This document shows, piece after piece, positions 29,683 to 38,990 of a DNA stretch of 64,000 nucleotides; the first letter of the stretch is position 1; each line of letters starts with the position of its first letter. The stretch spans positions 38,099 through 102,098 of the forward strand of contig CANHQK010000002.1 of assembly GCA_947462765.1 (NCBI GenBank), in the 5' to 3' direction. The stretch comes from Bdellovibrionales bacterium. GTDB taxonomy: Bacteria > Bdellovibrionota > UBA1018 > CAIMNF01. The position numbers and the translations under genes are program-made. The notes beneath the pieces are model-generated. The model ran no database searches and had not been told where the DNA came from. It saw nothing but the letters and a program-made list of their open reading frames with translations.

Positions 29683-30510
29683 ATGATGCGGATTCTGTTC
29701 TTCGGAGACGTTTTTGGGAAGCCGGGCAGGCAAGCGGTGAAGCGGGCCATTCTGAAGCTCATGCCGGATTACTCTCCCGACTTCATCATTGTGAACGGCG
29801 AGAACGCCTCACACGGCAAGGGAATCACCGAAAAAATCGCGCACGAGTTTTTCGATATGGGTGTGGACCTCATCACCACCGGGAACCATGCTTGGGATCA
29901 GGCCGAGTCCATCGATTTCTATGCCAAGTGCGATCGATTGCTCCGTCCGGCCAATTACGCCGATGCCGATCCACCGATCGTTCCAGGCAAGGGTGTGGCT
30001 GTGATCGAGTCGAAGAACCGCCCGAACCTGAGATTGGGTGTGGTGCTGCTCATGGGCCGTGTCTTCATGGATGCACTCGAGTGTCCTTTCCATCGGGGAA
30101 AGCGGGAGATCGATAAGTTGAAGAATGCCGGGGTTCGCAACATCCTCGTCGATTTTCACGGTGAGGCGAGCTCTGAAAAACAGGCCTTCACCTGGTTCAT
30201 GGACGGACAGGTCTCGGCTGTTGTGGGGACCCACTCCCATGTGCAAACCGCCGACGAGCGGGTGAGTCCGGCCGGCACCGCTGCGATCACCGATGTCGGC
30301 ATGAGCGGTTGCTATGATTCGGTGATCGGCATGAGAAAAGATCTGGTTATCCGCAAGTTCCTGACCAAGATGCCGGTTCGCTTCGAGCCTGCCGAGGGGC
30401 CGGGTGGCTACGGTTGCGTGATCATCGACATCGATGAAAAAACGGGTAAGGCCGTAAAAATAGTCCGTTTAAGGGAATCGATCATCCAGTGGGAGGGGCC
30501 CGAGATTTGA
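29683..30510 (+). CDS. ymdB: YmdB-like 2',3'-cyclic phosphodiesterase (metallophosphoesterase)
   Basis: GDVFGKPGR, NGEN, TGNH, LRPANY, VDFHGEASSEK, GTHSHVQTADE, TDVGMSG. Confidence 0.92.
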   Translation: MMRILFFGDVFGKPGRQAVKRAILKLMPDYSPDFIIVNGENASHGKGITEKIAHEFFDMGVDLITTGNHAWDQAESIDFYAKCDRLLRPANYADADPPIVPGKGVAVIESKNRPNLRLGVVLLMGRVFMDALECPFHRGKREIDKLKNAGVRNILVDFHGEASSEKQAFTWFMDGQVSAVVGTHSHVQTADERVSPAGTAAITDVGMSGCYDSVIGMRKDLVIRKFLTKMPVRFEPAEGPGGYGCVIIDIDEKTGKAVKIVRLRESIIQWEGPEI

Positions 30511-31202
30511 AGCCCGAGCATCACGCCTACCAGCAATTCATCCAGTGGGTCCAGGAGGACTTGAACCAGCACCGTCTCATGGTGAACCGGAAGGTGTTCA
30601 GTGTCGTATTCTGGTGCCTGGTGCTCCCGGCACTCATGTCCTTGGTCCTTTATGGTCTCAGGAAGTTTCAGATTCTCAATGAAGTCCGGCAATTCTCGGT
30701 TCTGGTTTTCACGCCGCCTTTTTTGTACGCCCTTTATTCCATCTGGCCCACTTTCCGTGAGATCCCTCGCGTTTTCAAGAAGGGGGGCATTGGTGCCACG
30801 CTCGAGGAGAGTGTGCGGGAGGTCGAGTGGCGGGAGCAAATCGTCCAGCGCTTGAGTCAGGAGGTTCGACTGACTTCAAGAGAATGGAAGTTGGTCGGAT
30901 TCCATCTGGAACGCGAAATCGATCGGATGCGGATGCAAAACCGTCACATGACCCTTCTCTCGGGGGTGGTGCTTTTTTTCATGTTCCAATTCCTCGATCT
31001 CGGAAGCTTGCCGGAGGAAGTGAACGGAGCCGGAGCGGGTGAATTGGTCCGCTCCTGGGTGGAACAACTTTCGCAATGGGGCGGACAGGTGTTTTCGCTT
31101 CTGCTTTTTTCAACCCTGTTTTATCTGTCCGGAACGCAGATTCATCGATATCTGGAACGCTATCGGGTGTGCGTCGAGCGCTTGGGACAGAGTTTCGACT
31201 GA
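30507..31202 (+). CDS. Hypothetical integral membrane protein (about 4 TM)
   Basis: Four hydrophobic segments; probable TTG start in TTGA overlap with ymdB stop. Confidence 0.65.
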   Translation: MKPEHHAYQQFIQWVQEDLNQHRLMVNRKVFSVVFWCLVLPALMSLVLYGLRKFQILNEVRQFSVLVFTPPFLYALYSIWPTFREIPRVFKKGGIGATLEESVREVEWREQIVQRLSQEVRLTSREWKLVGFHLEREIDRMRMQNRHMTLLSGVVLFFMFQFLDLGSLPEEVNGAGAGELVRSWVEQLSQWGGQVFSLLLFSTLFYLSGTQIHRYLERYRVCVERLGQSFD

Positions 31203-31205
31203 GCC

Positions 31206-31526
31206 TTAGCAGGTTCCGTCTGAGCAGGCTTCTTTCGCAGCTTTTTTACCGCATCCGCCGTTTTTGCCACAGCCACCCTTGCCGCAATTGCCGCTTCCAC
31301 ACTTCGAAACAGCTTCGAATACCCATGGGCGGGGGATGTCGTTCAAGGCACGGATCGCCTCGAAGGGATTATCGAACTCGCGCACACCCAGGCTTTCCCC
31401 GGTGGTGTGACGCACAATAAATGCGGTGTAGCTTCCCGGATTGCTCTCGCTTTCCGTGATCCCGGCCATGAGCTCTTCGTCGATCAGAAACCCTTTTTTG
31501 AAGTTCTCGGCGGTGAATTTTTCCAT
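31206..31526 (-). CDS. Small hypothetical protein with Cys/Gly-rich C-terminal tail
   Basis: Tail KCGSGNCGKGGCGKNGGCGKKAAKEACSDGTC; consensus sigma70 promoter directly upstream. Confidence 0.75.
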   Translation of the reverse strand: MEKFTAENFKKGFLIDEELMAGITESESNPGSYTAFIVRHTTGESLGVREFDNPFEAIRALNDIPRPWVFEAVSKCGSGNCGKGGCGKNGGCGKKAAKEACSDGTC

Positions 31527-31532
31527 GCCCTC

Positions 31533-31561
31533 ACATTAGGGGAGGGTGTCGGAAAAGTCAA
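31533..31561 (-). promoter_or_regulatory. Sigma70 promoter giving a leaderless transcript of the 31206-31526 gene
   Basis: Minus strand TTGACT-N17-TAATGT-N6-ATG. Confidence 0.75.
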
Positions 31562-31584
31562 AACGAGACTATGATGGAAAAGGC

Positions 31585-32319
31585 ATGCCAAATCGCCGGA
31601 ATTCCAAGCAAAAAGGTCGAGTGAGCCTTGAGAGGGCCCTGTCCAAGCTCGGTCTCTGTTCGCGGACAGAGGCCCGGGGCTGGATCGAGGCGGGTCGGGT
31701 GAAGGTTCACGGTTCGGTGGAGCGCGATCCGTCCCGACAGGTGAATCCGGATACCGCTCATGTCGAAGTCGATGGGACCAAGGCGGTTCGCGAAGAAGGG
31801 CGACTCATTCTACTCCATAAGCCCACGGGCGTCTTGACCACGAAGCGCGATCCCGAAGGCCGTCCGACCATTTACTCGCTCCTCCCTCCCGAGCTCCATT
31901 CTCTCCATCCGGTCGGCAGGCTCGACCTTCATACGAGTGGCCTATTGCTGTTGACCAACCTCACCCGGCTCTCGAGCTTTTTGACCGACCCTGTAAACGC
32001 CATTCCGCGCATCTACATCGTAGGTGTGGAGGGGCGGGTGCTCGAGGAGGCGCTTCGCAACATGGAAGCGGGGATCGAGGATGATGGAGAAATCCTGAAA
32101 GCCCGTTCGGCTGCACTTCTGAAATCGAGCGGAAAGGAAAGCCTGCTCCGGTTGGAATTGGTGGAAGGAAAGAATCGTGAGGTCCGAAGGCTTTGTGCCG
32201 GTATGGGCCATGAGGTCCGGAGCCTGAAGCGGGTGTCCTTCGGCTCCTTTGAGCTCGGGGACCTCACTCCGGGGAGTTGGCGCGAGGAAGATCCGGGCAA
32301 GGTCAACGGTTTCAGTTGA
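31585..32319 (+). CDS. rRNA pseudouridine synthase (RsuA/RluB/E/F family)
   Basis: S4 domain LERALSKLGLCSR, HKPTG, PVGRLDLHTSGLLLLTN, EGKNREVRRL, LKRVSFG. Confidence 0.93.
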   Translation: MPNRRNSKQKGRVSLERALSKLGLCSRTEARGWIEAGRVKVHGSVERDPSRQVNPDTAHVEVDGTKAVREEGRLILLHKPTGVLTTKRDPEGRPTIYSLLPPELHSLHPVGRLDLHTSGLLLLTNLTRLSSFLTDPVNAIPRIYIVGVEGRVLEEALRNMEAGIEDDGEILKARSAALLKSSGKESLLRLELVEGKNREVRRLCAGMGHEVRSLKRVSFGSFELGDLTPGSWREEDPGKVNGFS

Positions 32320-32333
32320 TTCGCGGGTAGGGC

Positions 32334-32362
32334 TTGAGATGGTCCGAGGCTCCCGATAGACT
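32334..32362 (+). promoter_or_regulatory. Sigma70-type promoter for the short pilin gene
   Basis: TTGAGA-N17-TAGACT followed by GGGAG SD and ATG at 32381. Confidence 0.5.
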
Positions 32363-32380
32363 GAGGGAAGGGAGAAATAC

Positions 32381-32626
32381 ATGAACGCGTTCCTGAAAAG
32401 ACTGAAGTCAAATGAGGGTTTCACCCTGGTGGAGATGATGATCGTGGGAGCGATTCTCTCGGTCCTGGTCCTCGCCTTCACTGGGTACATGTATCAGCAA
32501 GCTCGACAGACCAAATCCATGAGTGAGAAGCAGAGCTACAACCAGCTGAAAGCCAACGTTCTCAATGCCACCACTCAGCCGGACACTTTGACCGCTTCCG
32601 AAGCGATCACTTTCGACAAACTTTGA
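32381..32626 (+). CDS. Short prepilin-type (type IV pilin/pseudopilin N-methylation domain) protein
   Basis: Basic leader, G|FTLVEMMIV cleavage site with E5, hydrophobic helix; 68-aa mature protein. Confidence 0.88.
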   Translation: MNAFLKRLKSNEGFTLVEMMIVGAILSVLVLAFTGYMYQQARQTKSMSEKQSYNQLKANVLNATTQPDTLTASEAITFDKL

Positions 32627-33375
32627 TCGCGGCTTCCGGGTTTTGCCGGTGGGTACAGGAGATTCTCATGCTGATGGTTCTCGCGTTGTGGCTGGCCTGC
32701 TTCCCCGATGCTGCGATTGCCGGTACGAAATGGGGATTGAGTTTGGATTTTTCCTCGATTTCCACATCGGTTTCCGACGGAGGAGTTGATTCGAAGTTCT
32801 CAGGTACGGTGCTGCCCGAATTGAGGCCTGAGATTCAGTGGGACCTTGCCGAAGGTCAGGAACAGCTCAAGGTCTGGCTTCAAGCGACTCGCTTTCAGTT
32901 CGACGAGGGTACGAAAACACTGGTGAACAACGGGCAGTTTTTTTTTGGAGGCGGCGTATCCTGGGGGCGGTACTTCACGCCGGGGAGCTTGTCGATCGGC
33001 CTGGTGTTCGCTCAACGGCCGGTTTGGGTATCTGAAGGCGTAAATGCCTGGAATCTTTCAAAAAATATTCTGGTCGGTCTTCCGGTGGAAGCCAGGACCA
33101 AGCTCGTGGTTTTGGAAGGGGAATGGATCGGGGCGGGTGTAAAGATCACTCCACTTTTGCTGGGAATCAACCGATCAGGTTCGGGATACAGCGCGGGAGC
33201 CTTTTTGGAGTACGAGACAAGGGCCTTGAGAGAGGTGGGAGTTCGATTGTTTTATGAGATTCGTGAAATGACATTTTCGAATCTGGGGCAATCGGATGTG
33301 GTCATCGGGATTTCAGGTCGCTTGAGTTTCAATGATGTGCTGTCGGATTCCGTGCCGATGGACGAGAGAGAGTGA
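32623..33375 (+). CDS. Putative outer-membrane beta-barrel protein
   Basis: Signal peptide ending AIA, alternating amphipathic strands rich in G/F/W; true start probably a downstream Met. Confidence 0.55.
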   Translation: MIAASGFCRWVQEILMLMVLALWLACFPDAAIAGTKWGLSLDFSSISTSVSDGGVDSKFSGTVLPELRPEIQWDLAEGQEQLKVWLQATRFQFDEGTKTLVNNGQFFFGGGVSWGRYFTPGSLSIGLVFAQRPVWVSEGVNAWNLSKNILVGLPVEARTKLVVLEGEWIGAGVKITPLLLGINRSGSGYSAGAFLEYETRALREVGVRLFYEIREMTFSNLGQSDVVIGISGRLSFNDVLSDSVPMDERE

Positions 33376-34402
33376 TCGAGGATTGTATTCAAAAAAGATG
33401 ACATTATTCATGATGCTACTCGGGATCGTCCACGTGGGTGGGACCTCGGCCCGGGCTCAGTCGAGGGACCTCACCTCTCTGTGCGGACTTGAACCCGTCC
33501 CAGCCGGTTTGGTGGTGATCGACGATGGATTTTGTCACCACTATCTAGAGTCCGAGGCTGAGCGACTGGGGAAGGTGGTGGTCGCGGGTCTTGAAGCACC
33601 GAAAGCTCATTCTGCTTGTACTCCCGCTCCAAGTCCAACCCCTAAAGACCGTTGGAAGATCCGACTTTATGCAAGCCACTCCTTCACCACCTATTTCAAC
33701 TCAGATGTGAAGTTCGACACTTCCCGCTATCAGGTGGAAATCAAGGACTACGAGTGGGCCGAGCGGGGCTCACGCAGCTACTTCAACCCGAAGTATTGGG
33801 GTGAGGAAGGGCGCAATCCATTCCAGTTCATTGATGAACCTTCTAACACGTTTACTTTGAGCATCGAGAAAGACGGACATGAGTTTTTTCTGACCTCTTT
33901 TCATCCCAAGTACCTGCAGGCTCAGGGGCAAGTGAAGCCTATGGCAGGAACCATTGACGGTCAGCAGGTGAACGGGGTTCTTCCGGTTCCTTTTGTCGAG
34001 AACCGGAACACCTACCGACAGATCACTTTGGAGGCGGGATACGGGCATCGCTTCAAACTGGTCGATTCACGTTATGGGAACCTCACTTATGTGCCGAGTG
34101 TCTCGGCCGGGGTGATGATCGGCGGGAATGTCAGTCGTGTGCGTGACCCCGTGACCGGTGAGATCACCCCGGAAAGTCAGGACGCATTCCGTGTACAAGG
34201 GCTCGGTGGGAGTCTGACCAACCGGTTAGAGTTCAACACGCCCAAGGAACGTTTCGGCGTTTTTTACGAGAACAAGCTGAGTGGATTCGCGCTCAAGCAT
34301 GGTTTCGAGGACGGGACTCAACAATACAACCTCGGATTCATGGGAAACAGCGTGGGGATGAAATTCATGCTCTACAATCCGGCAAATCACAAAAAGAAGT
34401 GA
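33332..34402 (+). CDS. Secreted/outer-membrane hypothetical protein
   Basis: Signal peptide ending ARA, PAPSPTP linker, aromatic-rich beta-strand C-terminal half; start probably MTLFM about 33398. Confidence 0.65.
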   Translation: MMCCRIPCRWTRESDRGLYSKKMTLFMMLLGIVHVGGTSARAQSRDLTSLCGLEPVPAGLVVIDDGFCHHYLESEAERLGKVVVAGLEAPKAHSACTPAPSPTPKDRWKIRLYASHSFTTYFNSDVKFDTSRYQVEIKDYEWAERGSRSYFNPKYWGEEGRNPFQFIDEPSNTFTLSIEKDGHEFFLTSFHPKYLQAQGQVKPMAGTIDGQQVNGVLPVPFVENRNTYRQITLEAGYGHRFKLVDSRYGNLTYVPSVSAGVMIGGNVSRVRDPVTGEITPESQDAFRVQGLGGSLTNRLEFNTPKERFGVFYENKLSGFALKHGFEDGTQQYNLGFMGNSVGMKFMLYNPANHKKK

Positions 34403-35037
34403 GTGCCAGTTAAGGCGTTACGGATGCCGTGCAGTCCGAGTGCGACCAGAAGCCAGCCGGTTCCGCGGATGAGTCGAATCAAGGTGGTTTCTTGTACTGA
34501 GTCTCCCGACCGTGCCAGCCACCGGAGCATGCCTGTGAACCACAGCACGATCCCGACTCCGGCGCCAACTGCAAAGGCGAACGAATCGAGCATGCCGGAG
34601 TCGATCATCCGCCATCCATGCACCCAAGCCAAGACGGTGGTCCAAGTCATCATCAGGGTCGGATTCAGGATGCTGATCAGGAAGCCCATTCCGAAAGGGC
34701 CTCCCCGTTGCGAAGTAGAGAGGCTCGGGGCTTCCGGTGTTTGGCGTAAGGTTCCTGCTCGGAGGATGAAGTACAGACCGAGTCCGGTGAGAATGAGGCT
34801 GGCCAAGGAACGTGCCACGGCATCCACCATCGGAAAGGTCCGGAGCAGGGTGGCGTAACCGAGACAGGCCATGAAAACATAGACTGACTCGGCAAGGGCC
34901 GCCCCCGTGGCGAGCAATCGGCCCTCGGCTTCCCTCTGTTGCAGTCCAAGGCGCACGATCAGGGCAGAAACCGGTCCCGCGACCGGTATGGCACCGAAGA
35001 AGCCGAAAAGCGCGCCGAGTAAAAGTGCGAGTCCCAT
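34387..35037 (-). CDS. LysE family translocator
   Basis: AIPVAGPVS, G..LATGAALAE, GFLISILNP, GIVLWF; 6 TM. Confidence 0.88.
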   Translation of the reverse strand: MGLALLLGALFGFFGAIPVAGPVSALIVRLGLQQREAEGRLLATGAALAESVYVFMACLGYATLLRTFPMVDAVARSLASLILTGLGLYFILRAGTLRQTPEAPSLSTSQRGGPFGMGFLISILNPTLMMTWTTVLAWVHGWRMIDSGMLDSFAFAVGAGVGIVLWFTGMLRWLARSGDSVQETTLIRLIRGTGWLLVALGLHGIRNALTGTHFFL

Positions 35038-35126
35038 ACTGGCCAGATCTTACTCACAAGAACGTGGACGGTCGAGGGGGTTTCGGAGAAGATCAAGGCC
35101 AGGCAATGGGTTAGTCAGGAGGTTCC

Positions 35127-35834
35127 ATGCGCAATAAATTGGTTTATGATTGGCCGACAAGGATCTTCCATTGGACTTTCGCATTGGGGTTTGTGCTTGC
35201 CTATGCCATTGCTAAGACCCAAGACGAGGATTCCTTCCGTTTTCCGGTTCACATGTTGATCGGACTCGGCTGGTCCGCTCTCATTCTCTTCCGGATACTT
35301 TGGGGAGTGATCGGGAGCCGGCACGCACGTTTTTCAGGGTTCAGTCTCGGGCTTTCCTCCGTCATCGGGTACTTCCTGTCATTTTGGAGCAAGAGAGACC
35401 GTGATCCGGCGGGGCACAATCCGGCCTCGAGTTGGGTGGCTCTCCTGATGTTATGGATGGGATCCGGTCTCGTGTTGAGCGGTCTCTTGATGGTCAACGG
35501 GAAATTCGGAGAGTTGGCGGAGGAGATCCATGAATGGTGCGGCAACGGCTTTTTAATCCTCGCCGGTCTGCATGTCTCCGGAGTACTCATTCATCTGGCC
35601 CGTAAACGTGATGGAATCGCATTCAGTATGGTCGATGGGCGGAAGAACAGTGAGACCCTTGGAGAGGCCATTGCCTCAGCCCGGCCCGTTTCGGGATTAT
35701 TATTGGTGATCAGTCTGTTTGCCATCTCCGTCGGCCTGGTTCGGGCCTATGATTCTCCGTCTCGTACTCTGAAGTTATTAGGAATTTCCTTGAGTCTGGG
35801 AGAGCCAGAGGAAAAACCAGAGGAGCAGGATTGA
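35127..35834 (+). CDS. Cytochrome b/b6 (Ni/Fe-hydrogenase b-type-like) membrane protein
   Basis: VYDWPTRIFHW, H..IG, RILWG.IGSRHARF, GHNP, EIHE, LHVSGV; AGGAGG SD. Confidence 0.88.
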   Translation: MRNKLVYDWPTRIFHWTFALGFVLAYAIAKTQDEDSFRFPVHMLIGLGWSALILFRILWGVIGSRHARFSGFSLGLSSVIGYFLSFWSKRDRDPAGHNPASSWVALLMLWMGSGLVLSGLLMVNGKFGELAEEIHEWCGNGFLILAGLHVSGVLIHLARKRDGIAFSMVDGRKNSETLGEAIASARPVSGLLLVISLFAISVGLVRAYDSPSRTLKLLGISLSLGEPEEKPEEQD

Positions 35835-35840
35835 CCGAGC

Positions 35841-36773
35841 ATGGGACACGATCACAGTCATCATCACCACCATCACCCCACGCCTGAGGAAGCCGATCAG
35901 TTGAGCGGCGTGTTCGCCTGGAGTGTGGGGCTCAATCTCCTGCTGGTTGCTGTCCAGGCTTGGGCGGGGTGGCGCTACGGTTCTTTGGCGCTTTTATCGG
36001 ATTCAGGGCACAACGCCGGGGATGTGGTCGGCCTCCTCCTTGCGTGGGGGGCGTGGCGGGTTTCCCATTGGAGGCCATCGGGGCGCTTCACCTACGGGAT
36101 GAAGGGGGCTTCAGTATTTGCTCCATTGGTCCAATCCTGTTTGATTCTGTTTGCGATGGGAATGATCGCATGGGAGTCGATCGAAAGACTTTCTGATCAG
36201 AGCGGTCCCCGCCTGGATTCGACAATGGTCATGGCTTTTGCCGGGCTCGGGATTCTCATTAATGGTGGTTCCGCACTGCTGTTTTTGAAGCGACAGGGTG
36301 ATGATCTCAATCTGAGGGGAGCCTACTTGCATCTCATGGCTGATGCATGGGTCTCGGGCGGCGTCTTGGTTTCCGCAGGGCTGATCGGGCTGACCGGGTG
36401 GTTGTGGATCGATCCTGTGGTGAGCCTTGTTGTTTGTGCGTGGGTGTTGAAAAGTACTTGGGGATTGCTTGCCGACTCGACTTCCCTGGCTTTACATGCA
36501 GCGCCCTCGGGGATTATTCCCCATGAGGTCGAGAACGCTCTCCTACAGATCGAGGGAGTGTGTGAAGTTCATGACCTGCATATCTGGAACGTAGGAAGCG
36601 CGCATACCGTGCTAACCTGCCACCTTCTGATCGACACGAAGTCCCTGAGCCCGGAAGCGATTCTTCAACAGGCCACTCATGTGGTGCAGGAGGAGTACGA
36701 TATCGATCAATCGACCATCCAGATCGAGACTGATCAAGGACAGTCGGATGTCGGTCTGAAGCGGAAGCGGTGA
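35841..36773 (+). CDS. Cation diffusion facilitator (CzcD/ZitB-like) Zn/Co/Cd exporter
   Basis: N-terminal His tract, SLALLSDSGHN..D, FTYG, NLRGAYLHLMAD, WIDP, VHDLHIW, STIQIE. Confidence 0.93.
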   Translation: MGHDHSHHHHHHPTPEEADQLSGVFAWSVGLNLLLVAVQAWAGWRYGSLALLSDSGHNAGDVVGLLLAWGAWRVSHWRPSGRFTYGMKGASVFAPLVQSCLILFAMGMIAWESIERLSDQSGPRLDSTMVMAFAGLGILINGGSALLFLKRQGDDLNLRGAYLHLMADAWVSGGVLVSAGLIGLTGWLWIDPVVSLVVCAWVLKSTWGLLADSTSLALHAAPSGIIPHEVENALLQIEGVCEVHDLHIWNVGSAHTVLTCHLLIDTKSLSPEAILQQATHVVQEEYDIDQSTIQIETDQGQSDVGLKRKR

Positions 36774-37048
36774 CGGAGTCGGGTCTCGGTTCCGTCGGCT
36801 GCTTTGTGCTTCAGTCGGCAAGAAAGAATCAGATGTCTGGACTCGATCTCGTTCTTGAGGCGCCCTTCACTCTTGCAGAGCTCGGCGCAAGTGGCGAGAT
36901 CCATGGATTTGAAGCGAAGGGTGGTCACGGTGATTCCACCTTCGACGAGAGAGGTGCTGACCACCTTGAGGCGACAGGAATCAGTGGCTGGTACAGCAAG
37001 AGCGATCTGGGACACCAGTGGCAACAAAAGAACGATGATCCAATTCAT
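36734..37048 (-). CDS. Small secreted hypothetical protein
   Basis: Signal peptide MNWIIVLLLPLVSQIALA; several Cys; 3' overlap with CDF gene. Confidence 0.5.
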   Translation of the reverse strand: MNWIIVLLLPLVSQIALAVPATDSCRLKVVSTSLVEGGITVTTLRFKSMDLATCAELCKSEGRLKNEIESRHLILSCRLKHKAADGTETRLRHRFRFRPTSDCP

Positions 37049-37182
37049 GGCACCGCTTTTAATCCGGCACGAGTAACTTGACCAGCCAAAAAATCAGCTG
37101 CTTTGGTTGAAAATGGATCAAGAGGCAGGTCTTAATTGACGCACTGCGCCATCATTGACTATTCTGGAGATGGGGGTGTGAT

Positions 37183-37911
37183 TTGGGGTTTTTGGCACTC
37201 ATGGTGGGCCTTTTCGGGGTGGCGTTGTCGGCTGGCGCTGGCGAGCTCAACTCTCTTGAGACCCTCCGTGATCGAATGGAGGTCATTGAGACCCAGGTTG
37301 GCTTGGCCTGTGACGGAAAAGGGCTCGAGACCCATGAGGCCAAGATCGATCTGGCGGACCGTTTGATCTCTAAAGAAGGGCCCATTTCGAGAATCCAGAG
37401 GGACCTCGGTTCAGCGGTCCGGGTGGTGGGGGCCGATATTGAGTATGCGAGGGAACGGGTGGCAGACCGCTATCGCCAAACCCAGGCTGTTCGAATGGAG
37501 TCTCAGCTGATCAGGGTAGAAGCCGCACGTCGGCGGTTGTTCCGAGAGGGAGAGGGGGCTCGTGATGCTGTTCGTGTTGAGTATTCCCGATACCTTGAGA
37601 TCAAGAATCAGGATCCGGTTGCGCTGGCTTATTCCCAACCTGAATCGAGACAACGATTCCAAGGGGAGGTTGGCGAGATCCTCCGAGTCCGGAAAAAAGA
37701 AATGCAGGATTTGCTGTCTATCGGTTCCCGCGCGGACGCAGCCAGGATGAGGGCAGCCATGTGCTACTGTCGGGGTCATGATAGCCCATGGGATGATCGG
37801 TGTCCGGACGCCCTGGAATCATTGAAGCAGAAAACCGATTACGTAAAAGCCATTCAGAATTTCGAAAGAGCACGGGGAAAGATGAGTCGGATGGATCAAG
37901 AGGCCAAGTGA
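37183..37911 (+). CDS. Secreted helical hypothetical protein
   Basis: Signal-peptide-like N-terminus ending AGA, charged helical body, CYC..C motif; TTGACG-N18-TATTCT upstream. Confidence 0.6.
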   Translation: MGFLALMVGLFGVALSAGAGELNSLETLRDRMEVIETQVGLACDGKGLETHEAKIDLADRLISKEGPISRIQRDLGSAVRVVGADIEYARERVADRYRQTQAVRMESQLIRVEAARRRLFREGEGARDAVRVEYSRYLEIKNQDPVALAYSQPESRQRFQGEVGEILRVRKKEMQDLLSIGSRADAARMRAAMCYCRGHDSPWDDRCPDALESLKQKTDYVKAIQNFERARGKMSRMDQEAK

Positions 37912-37933
37912 TGGATGCGAGGGACGAACGAAT

Positions 37934-38842
37934 TCAAATCTCGAATCGAAGTCCAAGGTTGATGCCGAAGCGTTGAAAATCGGTTTTACGGTACTCGAGT
38001 TTTTCTCCCACCAGAACGGATAAGTCGGCATCATCGACGGTGAATTCCGAGACGTCCGCGTAAGAAAAATCGAGATTGAGATCGAGGAAGAGTCCCTTCA
38101 AGCCGAGCGGGATCAAAGCTCCCGTTCCTAAGGTGAACTCAAAGGTGCTTCCCGAGGCCTTCAGGGCAAAAGGGTAGGCCAAGCGGAAATCACCATTGAA
38201 GTGGAAGTACCCGATCCCGATTTCACCATAAGTCCGGATCCAGTCCCATGGAAGATACTTGATGGTGAACATCCCCCCCAGGTCTACGGATTGACTTACG
38301 GAAAAAAGCGTCCCGGGAAAATTGCCTGTCACGGTGCCGATGGAGATTTCCCGGTCATAGGCTTGCTCGGCATCCCAACGGGTGTATTGAACAAAGAAGA
38401 GCAGGTCCTCACTTTTTCCGAAAGCCAGCCTGCCGCGGTATCCGGGCTTGGCAGTCATGGTTCCCGTCACGGTACGGAACCCCTCGCCTTCGAGCGTGAA
38501 ACCATTGGCCTGGGTTCCTTTCACGAGGGATGCGAAGCCGTGAAGGGAAGCCATGATGACAGTTCGCTCGGATTTCTTTTTGGGTTTCCGTTTGATGTTC
38601 TCAAAACACTCGGCTTTTGCTCGAAAGACGATCTTACCGTGTCGAAGGAGCAAGGTCCCGGGTACGGCTTGCGAGACAGTCGTCGAATAAAATCCGGGAG
38701 GGAGTTCATCAGGCTCTGCGTCCACCCAGGTCCGTTCCTGGCCTTTTTTGAGCTCACATGAGGCACCGCCCTCATAGCGTTTCATCTCACCGCTGTGAGC
38801 TGTCCCGACGAACAGCGTAATGAGAAACCAGAGCGGGGTCAT
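37934..38842 (-). CDS. Putative outer-membrane beta-barrel protein with small N-terminal domain
   Basis: Signal peptide ending AHS, amphipathic strands, C-terminal FGINLGLRFEI beta-signal-like end. Confidence 0.7.
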   Translation of the reverse strand: MTPLWFLITLFVGTAHSGEMKRYEGGASCELKKGQERTWVDAEPDELPPGFYSTTVSQAVPGTLLLRHGKIVFRAKAECFENIKRKPKKKSERTVIMASLHGFASLVKGTQANGFTLEGEGFRTVTGTMTAKPGYRGRLAFGKSEDLLFFVQYTRWDAEQAYDREISIGTVTGNFPGTLFSVSQSVDLGGMFTIKYLPWDWIRTYGEIGIGYFHFNGDFRLAYPFALKASGSTFEFTLGTGALIPLGLKGLFLDLNLDFSYADVSEFTVDDADLSVLVGEKLEYRKTDFQRFGINLGLRFEI

Positions 38843-38990
38843 TCATTCGAGAATAACAGGGGGAAGGAAGAGCAGGTAGTTTTCAGTCGAATGGGCAACT
38901 GTCAAAAAATTGTCGCAAGCTCAACTGGGCGCATCATTTTTTCGGGGGACGGCTTGTGTCTTCATCCGGGTCAGGAATAGAATGTTGGAT

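Noticed and set aside
31570..31587. TATGAT before the pseudouridine synthase (and similar hexamers before lysE, 58105 and merR genes) as strictly leaderless
   Set aside because: Spacers of 9-10 nt are longer than the 6-7 nt pattern; possibly very short leaders, so left out of the count
32381..32626. Short pilin as a conductive e-pilin
   Set aside because: Aromatic positions and density do not match the Geobacter pattern; no multiheme cytochromes in window
37064..37082. CGGCACGAGTAACTTGAC as a sigma54 promoter
   Set aside because: Spacing is wrong (no GC at GG-N10)
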